A stretch of 64,000 nt of DNA from a virus: positions 64,001-128,000 of the IMG/VR virus record IMGVR_UViG_3300043395_000996; one strand, 5' to 3'. This document shows, piece after piece, positions 55,139 to 62,701 of this stretch (position 1 is the stretch's first letter; the number at the start of each line of letters is the position of its first letter). The notes under the pieces were generated by a model. That model made no database searches and was not told where the DNA came from. It saw nothing but the letters and a program-made list of their open reading frames with translations. A program made the position numbers and the translations under genes.

Positions 55139-56752
55139 TTAAAGAGTTTCTAAACCATCAACGATAATCTTACCGTAGAACTCTGGTCTTACGATTTTCT
55201 TAGCGTATCTAGTCATCACACCTCTTCTTGGAGTGAAGTTGATTGGGTCATAAACTAAAGGAGTCATAATCAACGGAACATATGGAGCGTAAACAGCACC
55301 TGTTTCGAAGAAGTTAGAACCTTTGAAACCTAATAAGATTACGTTTTCAGTCATATAAGGATTCTTATAAACATCGTATCTATTAGAGATTGAACCGATG
55401 TTAGTTACACCTGCTGCGAATTGCATTGCATCCTTACCAGGATTTGCAGAGAAACCATTCATTGATTCTAAAATAGTTGCTACGTTTGGAGATACAACGA
55501 TGAAGTTTGCACCACCTCTCATAGTTAATTGGTGAATCTTGTTAGATATCTTTTGTAATTTGATACCTAAAGTTTGATACCAAGTGTTCTTTGTGTAAGC
55601 ACCTGCTGCTACTGCAGTTGAATCAGCTGCGAAACCAGCACCTGTCCAATCGTATCCAACTCTTGCAGACCAGTATTCAGTAGAGAATGCGTTTTGCTGT
55701 AACATCTCTAAAATTTCTAAATCAATCTCTAAAGAGATGTATTCAGATAACATTTGAGTTAATTCAGCTTCTGCATCTACAGAGTGGTATGCGTTTAAGT
55801 CTTGCGCTAATTCAGGAGTCCAAATTGCTTTCAACTTACGAGTCTTAGCCACGATAGGCTCAGATTTCAATTCTAATTCAACTTCTGGGATAGGTAAGTC
55901 AGCACCTCTATCTTCGAAATCACCACGAGAAATATCAGTTGGTTGTTTGTGGTATGCTAAAGTAGCACCTACAGTACCAAAAATTGTGTTAGCTGCTGCT
56001 ACTTTCGCAACGAAAGTTACGTTTGTACCTTCAACAGATGTAAATTCAGGATATAAAGTGAAACCTGAACCAGATTGTGCTAAATCAAATGCTCTAGCAC
56101 CATTGAAATCAGCATCATCAGGTAATGCTACAGTCAAAGTCTTAACTTTGTCAGCTGCAAATGCTGCAGAGAACGCTGAATCAACCAAGTTGTAGTTAAT
56201 ATCTGATAAAGATGCAGATGCAACAGTTGCGTTTTTAGCTACTGCTGAATCGTTGATTGTGTATCCGAAACGTCCTGCTCCGTATAATCCACCTTCAGCT
56301 GCTTGAGTAGAACCCAATTTGTTACCAGCTGGAGATAAAGAATCTTTACCGAAAGTACCGCCGTTACCGAACATTGATGAATTTTGAGCTGGTCTACCTG
56401 TATCAGTGTCAGTACCATACTTGAAATCCATATAGAAAATAAGACCTGAAGGTAAGTTCATTGGTTGAACTGAAACGAATTCTTTCGCTGCAATTGAACC
56501 GAAGATTCTTCTTACCAATGGTAAAGCTACACCAGCCCACTCTTCAGAACCTGCTGAAGTACCTGTTCTTGTAGCCTCATCTAATAATTGCTTAGCTTGG
56601 TTTTCTAACATTACTGCCATACCATGCTTGTTTGTTTCAGACTTAACGCCTTCTAACAAACCTGTTTTTTCCCACTTTGCTTTCAAACCTCTAGTTTGCT
56701 CAAGCATTAATGACTGTGGGTTTTTTCCTGTCATAATTGATTTTAAATTCAT
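55139..56752 (-). CDS. Major capsid protein (T4 gp23-like)
   Basis: LPLVRRIF...VSVQPMNLPSGLIF...AKTRKLKAIWTPELAQDL.AYH..DAEAEL...EIDLEI...YAPYVPL...PRRGVMTRY. Confidence 0.97.
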   Translation of the reverse strand: MNLKSIMTGKNPQSLMLEQTRGLKAKWEKTGLLEGVKSETNKHGMAVMLENQAKQLLDEATRTGTSAGSEEWAGVALPLVRRIFGSIAAKEFVSVQPMNLPSGLIFYMDFKYGTDTDTGRPAQNSSMFGNGGTFGKDSLSPAGNKLGSTQAAEGGLYGAGRFGYTINDSAVAKNATVASASLSDINYNLVDSAFSAAFAADKVKTLTVALPDDADFNGARAFDLAQSGSGFTLYPEFTSVEGTNVTFVAKVAAANTIFGTVGATLAYHKQPTDISRGDFEDRGADLPIPEVELELKSEPIVAKTRKLKAIWTPELAQDLNAYHSVDAEAELTQMLSEYISLEIDLEILEMLQQNAFSTEYWSARVGYDWTGAGFAADSTAVAAGAYTKNTWYQTLGIKLQKISNKIHQLTMRGGANFIVVSPNVATILESMNGFSANPGKDAMQFAAGVTNIGSISNRYDVYKNPYMTENVILLGFKGSNFFETGAVYAPYVPLIMTPLVYDPINFTPRRGVMTRYAKKIVRPEFYGKIIVDGLETL

Positions 56753-56783
56753 TTTTATTTTTTTTTAAATTTTTTTACAAAAA

Positions 56784-58022
56784 TTACTTAATGATACCTG
56801 CTAATTTTCTAAATCTTTCAGAGAAATCTGCTGATTCTGCAATTACTTGCTTAGCTGCTTTTGGTGCAGTTGATTTAACTGCTTTAGAAGCGATTCCTTC
56901 AGAGATAGCTTTTTTAGCTGGTTTGTTATTTGAAGTATATTTGAAGTTCTCTGCTAATGTAGAGAATACCAATTTAACCTCTCTAACTGATTTAGTTCTA
57001 TCCAAAGTTTCAATCACTTTAACTTTTTGTTCGTTAGTCATGTTGTGTGCTCTGAATAATTTGTTTGCGAATAACAACTTAGCGTTCAATAAGTTCACTT
57101 CGTTGATAGTCTTTTGTAATGATTTGATAGTTTTGTAAGCTTCTTCTAATTCAGCTTCTTTTTCTGATTCTTCAGCTTCGTCTACTTTCTCACCATCTTT
57201 CATATCAGCTTCCATTTCTCTTAAAATTTCTTCCAAGTCAACTTCATCTGATTCTTCTTCTTCGTTAGTTACAACAACTTTAGGTGTTTCACCTTTATCA
57301 GTTCCAGCTTCAGAACCATCTGCTAAGTCTTCAGCGATTGCTGGTTGCTCTTCTGCAGGCATTTCTTCTTCTGAACCTTCTTCATCACCTAATTGTGCTT
57401 CTAACTCTCTGATGATAGCTTCTAAATCCATGTCATCTTCAGTTGATTCTTCTTCATCACCTGTTGGCATGTAATCTTCGCCTTCACCTTCTGATGCGAA
57501 TGGGTCAGCTTCTGCTCCCATATCATCACCACCTTCTGCTGCATCTGCTGCGAAAGGATTTTCTTCTTCTGAACCTTCACCTTCTAATTCTGCCAATCTC
57601 GCTCTTAATTCTGCGATTTCTGCATCTTTAGAATCTGCTTCAGGTTCTGCTTCCATACCGAACTCATCTTCTTCGTTGATATCTGCTACTTTAGTGTAGT
57701 CAGTACCAGCTTGTTCTGGCTTACCACTATCTTTAGTTACACCTACTGATAAATCAGTATCCGCATCTAATGTTGGTGTTGCACCAGGAGTTTCGGCATA
57801 TCCAGCTTCTACTTTAGAACCGATTCCTGTTGAATCCAATTCTTCATCAACTTGCTCCTCATCACCTTCCATTTCAGCTTCAGCTCTCAACTTTTGAGTC
57901 AACATAGACTGAAGTCTTGGTGTAAAGGCTTCTTCAAGAGCAAGCTTTGCGTTAGCCAATGCAGTTTCTTTAACCGCTTTAGCATCTGCGATTGCTTCTT
58001 TTAACAATTTTGAATTTGCCAT
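56784..58022 (-). CDS. Prohead core / scaffold protein
   Basis: Very acidic centre with coiled-coil ends, directly upstream of the major capsid gene. Confidence 0.75.
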   Translation of the reverse strand: MANSKLLKEAIADAKAVKETALANAKLALEEAFTPRLQSMLTQKLRAEAEMEGDEEQVDEELDSTGIGSKVEAGYAETPGATPTLDADTDLSVGVTKDSGKPEQAGTDYTKVADINEEDEFGMEAEPEADSKDAEIAELRARLAELEGEGSEEENPFAADAAEGGDDMGAEADPFASEGEGEDYMPTGDEEESTEDDMDLEAIIRELEAQLGDEEGSEEEMPAEEQPAIAEDLADGSEAGTDKGETPKVVVTNEEEESDEVDLEEILREMEADMKDGEKVDEAEESEKEAELEEAYKTIKSLQKTINEVNLLNAKLLFANKLFRAHNMTNEQKVKVIETLDRTKSVREVKLVFSTLAENFKYTSNNKPAKKAISEGIASKAVKSTAPKAAKQVIAESADFSERFRKLAGIIK

Positions 58023-58141
58023 TTTTTTTTGATTTTTGTTCCTGTGAAGTTATTGTAATTGTGGAACTTCAATGATATTATATTGGTTGTTCGGTCACAC
58101 CTTATAGAGAAGGGTATTCATTAACCAACTATGTTTTAATC

Positions 58142-58170
58142 AAAAAATCCCAAATTAGTTGGGATATTTG
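58142..58170 (-). terminator. Terminator-like hairpin downstream of the bS21 gene
   Basis: Sense ATCCCAA-CTAAT-TTGGGAT followed by TTTTTG. Confidence 0.7.
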
Positions 58171-58207
58171 AAAATAAATATATAAATTTTTTAGAAAACT
58201 AAAGAAA

Positions 58208-58405
58208 TTAATTGTTTTTATCAAAAATTTTCTTAAATTTCTCTACTCTAGCTACTTTTAGCTTTTGTTTTCGTTTGGTAACTGATGGTTTTTCGAATTC
58301 TTTTCTATCTCTTAATGATTCGATTTGCTTAACACTTTTTACTTTACTTTTGTAAACTTTAAGTGCTCTATCTACATTTCCATCTTTTACATCAATGATT
58401 AACAT
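58208..58405 (-). CDS. rpsU: Phage-encoded ribosomal protein bS21 (Bacteroidetes type)
   Basis: MLIIDVKDGNVDRALKVYKSK...LRDRKEFEKPSVTKRKQ matches the bS21 pattern (..DRALK.YK.K...F.KPS..KR). Confidence 0.88.
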   Translation of the reverse strand: MLIIDVKDGNVDRALKVYKSKVKSVKQIESLRDRKEFEKPSVTKRKQKLKVARVEKFKKIFDKNN

Positions 58406-58411
58406 AACGTA

Positions 58412-58807
58412 TTATTGGTGGTTTACTAATTTATATTTTGTAGAATATAATAATTCTTCAATATTATCAATTTGATTTTGTAAATAAGATGCTTGTAATT
58501 TTTCATCTTTTCTTAACTTATCTAATGCTACACATAATTTTTCAAAATAAGAAATTATGTTTTTAATATCGTTATTTGTATCCAATCCACTTACAGGTTG
58601 TAATTTAATCAAACCATATTTACCCTGATAAGATTCTACTAAACCATCTATGATACCACCAATTGAATCATAGTATTCACCTAATGCTTCATGTGCTGAA
58701 TGCGCTCCAATTCCTTTAACTCCTAAATGAAAAGCGTGCGCTTGAGTTCTACTATGTAAAAATAATGATGCTAATTGTTCCATTTTAATTATTTTAATTT
58801 TTCGCAA
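58412..58807 (-). CDS. Ferritin/Dps-like four-helix-bundle protein
   Basis: AHAFHLGVKG...HEALGEYYDSI...IDGLVESYQG resembles the Dps HW..G..H..L.E.Y......D.L.E motif. Confidence 0.6.
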   Translation of the reverse strand: MRKIKIIKMEQLASLFLHSRTQAHAFHLGVKGIGAHSAHEALGEYYDSIGGIIDGLVESYQGKYGLIKLQPVSGLDTNNDIKNIISYFEKLCVALDKLRKDEKLQASYLQNQIDNIEELLYSTKYKLVNHQ

Positions 58808-59226
58808 GTTTTACATTCTTGTAATCCTAATCTTTGTTTCATTACATCTTCAGTTACTTCAGCTATTTCAAAGTATCTATTTAATACATGCCCCATATCT
58901 TCATAAAGAGCTTCTAATCTTTGTTCTTGTGCTTTAGCTTCTAAAGATTCTTTTTGGAATTTTTCATGCAATGCTTTCAATTCTTTCATATTACGTTTAA
59001 TAGTTACTCTATCAAACCAATCACCACCTTCTCTTAAAGTATATTCTTGTGCAGCATCTGCAATACCACCCAATGTTTCGGCAATATTTCTGATATCGGA
59101 TTTTCTATTCATTTGCTCTCTAAATTGACCAAATGTAGAAATTATTTCCAAAAAATGTTTCTTAATATCAGTAGGTAATTGCTGATATGCTTCCTCTTCT
59201 TTAAGTAAATCTTTTAAACGTATCAT
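58789..59226 (-). CDS. Head-cluster hypothetical protein
   Basis: MIRLKDLLKEE N-terminus; helical. Confidence 0.7.
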   Translation of the reverse strand: MIRLKDLLKEEEAYQQLPTDIKKHFLEIISTFGQFREQMNRKSDIRNIAETLGGIADAAQEYTLREGGDWFDRVTIKRNMKELKALHEKFQKESLEAKAQEQRLEALYEDMGHVLNRYFEIAEVTEDVMKQRLGLQECKTCEKLK

Positions 59227-59232
59227 ATTATA

Positions 59233-59496
59233 TTATTTATGAGCGATTTTATATTTTTTCAATCTTTGAACCGCTTGTTGTAAATCTTGCGGAGTCATAC
59301 CCAATGCATCTACTAATTTAGCCATTACCAATTGTTCTTTTCTTTTTGGTAAATTATATCCCTTAATTACTTCCAATGCTCTATCCAAAAATTTTTCAAC
59401 TTTTGCAGGAATTGTTACATCCATATCCTCCAAATCTTCGTTGATTTTAGCTACTGGCTCATAAGTGTTTACTGGCATTAAGTTTACTAATTTCAT
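59233..59496 (-). CDS. Head-cluster hypothetical protein
   Basis: MKLVNLMP...KINED. Confidence 0.7.
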   Translation of the reverse strand: MKLVNLMPVNTYEPVAKINEDLEDMDVTIPAKVEKFLDRALEVIKGYNLPKRKEQLVMAKLVDALGMTPQDLQQAVQRLKKYKIAHK

Positions 59497-59503
59497 ATTT
59501 TTA

Positions 59504-60094
59504 TTAGTTTAATTCAATTATAATTTCTCTCATCAAGTCTTGTGCTTTGCAGAATTTTCCACATTCTTCTGCAACTTTAGCCCATTGTTTTGATTCGTTC
59601 ATTGGTGCCATAAATGCTCCATGTGTAGATGGATTGGAAACAAAATCCCATCCAACTAATTCAAAATCTTCCTGAACCATTACAGTACCATCGGAAAGTT
59701 CTTTTACTGAACCCAATCCTCTCGATGAAATCCCTAAACGAATGTTGTTTTTTAATAATTCTTTTAAGATGTTACCAGATGGAGTTGAAAGAATTTCCAC
59801 TACACCAACTACGTCATCCCCATCCCATCCAATTTCTCTGATGTTATGTGATACGTTTTTTAAGTTGATTACGGGAGAATCTGGATGGTCTAATTCACCC
59901 AATGCTCTTCTTTCTTTAATAAGTTGCTCATACTTCTTACACTCTCTTTCCAAAATTTCTTTTGGATATCTTCTGTGGTTTTGATTTGGAGCACCAGCTC
60001 TTTGAAGAATACCCTTAACTAAATAAGTTCCGTTTTCTTCTTGCTGAAGTTTTGCTTCAAACAAATGAGTTTCTATTAATAATCCCTTATTCAT
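59504..60094 (-). CDS. Prohead core protease (T4 gp21-like)
   Basis: NQNHRRYP, ALGELDHP, GISSRGLGS and WDFVSNPSTHGA. Confidence 0.95.
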   Translation of the reverse strand: MNKGLLIETHLFEAKLQQEENGTYLVKGILQRAGAPNQNHRRYPKEILERECKKYEQLIKERRALGELDHPDSPVINLKNVSHNIREIGWDGDDVVGVVEILSTPSGNILKELLKNNIRLGISSRGLGSVKELSDGTVMVQEDFELVGWDFVSNPSTHGAFMAPMNESKQWAKVAEECGKFCKAQDLMREIIIELN

Positions 60095-60508
60095 CTATTT
60101 CAAATCTTTTTTTACTTTTTCTATCACTTTACCACTATGCTGTGACCAAGTTTTTAAGAAAATGGTTTTTAATTCATTTTCTAATTCCGTTTCAGTTACC
60201 TCACCATTTGTACTATCAGAACCTTTGGTTATTTGAGTTTGTACATATGGTAATTTAACCATTTTAGATGCTATTGAATCATCGATACCTTTTTTGTTAT
60301 CTAATAATTTAACAACATCATCTATAAATTTTTTATTAGATTCCAATGAACCCAATATTTTTTCTAAAACTTTCTTTGTTTCTTTTTTATTACCCATTAA
60401 ATAGTTTATTCCGTTTCCAGCCAATTCTATTAAGTAATAAAAAATAACTTTAGCAATTAAAATAGTACCAACAGTTGCTACTATATCAAATGCTAAATCC
60501 TCATTTAT
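60095..60508 (-). CDS. Head-cluster protein; the reading frame extends upstream of the tracked TTG to the A11 run and includes a hydrophobic helix
   Basis: The same frame upstream of 60424 reads INEDLAFDIVATVGTILIAKVIFYYLIELAGNG with no ATG. Confidence 0.55.
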   Translation of the reverse strand: MNEDLAFDIVATVGTILIAKVIFYYLIELAGNGINYLMGNKKETKKVLEKILGSLESNKKFIDDVVKLLDNKKGIDDSIASKMVKLPYVQTQITKGSDSTNGEVTETELENELKTIFLKTWSQHSGKVIEKVKKDLK

Positions 60509-61026
60509 TTTTTTTTTTGAGATATTCTATTGAATACCTCTTTTAATCTCAATTTATCCGATATATCACTTATTTCGTTATAATCGGTTTCTTTAATTCC
60601 TCTTTCAATTTCTCTTCTACTGGCATTTGGGTCTGCACATACAGCTACTCCAATTTTTTTTCTACCATAATCACCGGCCATATCATACATAGCCATAATT
60701 GCTTTGAAATGCCAATCGTTTGTTCCTACTTCGTTTGTAGCTCTTAATGCTTTTAAATCAGAACCCTCAATCTCTCCATCCTTATCTACATCTAATTTCT
60801 TTTGCCCTGCTGTTAATTCAGCTTCATTGTATCCTCTTAATTTACCTTCGGATTTTGCTTTGTAAGCAGTATCTACCGCATTAAAGAATTTTTTCTTATC
60901 ATCATCTGACATAGAAGTTATAGATTTACCACTTTTATCCAACATATGTTTAAATAATTGCTGATAATCTTGTTCTTCCCTAACAGTTTGCTTTACAAAC
61001 TCTTTTAAATTTTTGGATACTTTCAT
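60505..61026 (-). CDS. Head-cluster protein with an EF-hand-like loop
   Basis: DVDKDGEIEGSD fits DxDxDGxIxxxD. Confidence 0.65.
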   Translation of the reverse strand: MKVSKNLKEFVKQTVREEQDYQQLFKHMLDKSGKSITSMSDDDKKKFFNAVDTAYKAKSEGKLRGYNEAELTAGQKKLDVDKDGEIEGSDLKALRATNEVGTNDWHFKAIMAMYDMAGDYGRKKIGVAVCADPNASRREIERGIKETDYNEISDISDKLRLKEVFNRISQKKK

Positions 61027-61793
61027 TATTCTGAAATTTGTCTTATTTTTTGGTCCAATTTTAACAATCTCTCTTTTATTGTATAAATATGGTTATTTGT
61101 TCTTTTCCAAAAACTTTTGTTGTTTATTCCACTTTCATTCTTAATTTTACCATACCAATTAAGAAATCTTTCCATTTCTGAAAGTTGTTTGCTGATATTA
61201 GAGATACCTTTTCCAATTTTTGAAACTGCCGATGAATCTTCTTTTTTTAATTCTAACCAACGATTTTCTTTCACAACACTATATCCCGTCAAATCGGCTT
61301 GTCTTTTACCTTTAGTTTTTTCATCTTCGGGCTTTCCAAACGCAAATGGAGTATTGTACTCACCTGCTGCTCCCGATGTATTCATTTCATCTACTTTCAA
61401 TTCAGCATCTTTATATAAGCCAGAAACCGAATCATCTAATTCTTTTTCCAATTGCTTTTTAGCAGTACCCAATTTTTTTAATTGTTCTACATACTTCTTT
61501 TCATTTGGAGTTCCTTTTGCTTTTTTATATAAATCTAAATATTGTTGAATTCCATCGATTACTTTTGCCAAATCTTTTGATATAGTACGAACTGAACGAA
61601 GCTCTGCTAACACTTGCTCTTTAACATGGTCCGGTAATCCTTTATGAGAAGTCGATGCGAAATCTTTTGCATCTTTATCACTCATTGAATCTGCTGCTTT
61701 TTCAACTTCTTTTGATGGGTTTTCTAAATCACCCTTTTGTGCAGCGTGAACCATACCCATAAATCTTTGTTGTGCTTTACTTTGTGCTGGCAT
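61026..61793 (-). CDS. Head-cluster protein with a DUF3008-like N-terminus
   Basis: MPAQSKAQQRFMG...SMSDKDAKDFASTSHKGLP. Confidence 0.6.
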   Translation of the reverse strand: MPAQSKAQQRFMGMVHAAQKGDLENPSKEVEKAADSMSDKDAKDFASTSHKGLPDHVKEQVLAELRSVRTISKDLAKVIDGIQQYLDLYKKAKGTPNEKKYVEQLKKLGTAKKQLEKELDDSVSGLYKDAELKVDEMNTSGAAGEYNTPFAFGKPEDEKTKGKRQADLTGYSVVKENRWLELKKEDSSAVSKIGKGISNISKQLSEMERFLNWYGKIKNESGINNKSFWKRTNNHIYTIKERLLKLDQKIRQISE

Positions 61794-62655
61794 TTTTCAA
61801 TTCTTTTAAAAGTTCATAAGTCATCATCATTGCTGATAAATGCTCTTCTTTAATTTTTTTAGCCGTTTTGATTTTCTTAATATTAGAAATGGTTTCTGCT
61901 AATTTAATTTTTGTAACTTTATCTGAAATTTTAGAGCCAACTTCTTTCAATGAATTAACTAATGTTGTTACTTCGTTTGAAACATATTCACTCAATTTGC
62001 CAGTATTATTGATATTATTGATATATTCTTTTAATAAGTTTTTCTGATTTACTGATAAATTAGAATATTTTTTATTAAAATTTTCTACTAATAATTTGTA
62101 AGATAACATTCTAACTTCATCATCTTGCTTTCTATATTCAACCAATACTCTATCGTTTATTTTCTTATCTTTATTTTCGATAGATGAATTAATCATATTT
62201 TCAACTATTGTAAATTTAGAATTAACAATATCTTTTGGTTCAAATGATTCGGTAGTAATTACTGCTTCAAATACTTTATATATTGATGCTAAATTTTTAT
62301 AATTTGAAATAGGAGATTTTACAAATTCATCTATATTATAAGCCTCTTTGATTTGCTTAATAAGGTTATATTTCTCTTTTGTAAGTTTTGATTCATCCAA
62401 TCTCTTACGAGCTTCACAAACAGTATCTACGAATTTTTCAGCTTTTGCTTCTGAATTGTATGTTTCGTTAATAAGATATTGATATAACTTCAATTCTTTT
62501 GAAAGCTCTTTCTTCGAATTAAAAAATTCTTTTAAAATTTTCTCTGCTTTTGAAGATTGTTTGCCAGACAACATTTCTGATGTAATTTGTCTTACAAGCA
62601 ATTCAAACAAAAATCCAGTGTTTTTAAATTTCGAGTGTTTAATATTTTTCATCAA
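61777..62655 (-). CDS. Hypothetical protein following the portal gene
   Basis: KHSKFKNTGFLFELLVRQIT...; a late motif lies upstream. Confidence 0.7.
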   Translation of the reverse strand: MMKNIKHSKFKNTGFLFELLVRQITSEMLSGKQSSKAEKILKEFFNSKKELSKELKLYQYLINETYNSEAKAEKFVDTVCEARKRLDESKLTKEKYNLIKQIKEAYNIDEFVKSPISNYKNLASIYKVFEAVITTESFEPKDIVNSKFTIVENMINSSIENKDKKINDRVLVEYRKQDDEVRMLSYKLLVENFNKKYSNLSVNQKNLLKEYINNINNTGKLSEYVSNEVTTLVNSLKEVGSKISDKVTKIKLAETISNIKKIKTAKKIKEEHLSAMMMTYELLKELKNASTK

Positions 62656-62701
62656 TTATATATATTTTTCTCTGATATAAATATACTTTTATTATAGTTT
62701 A

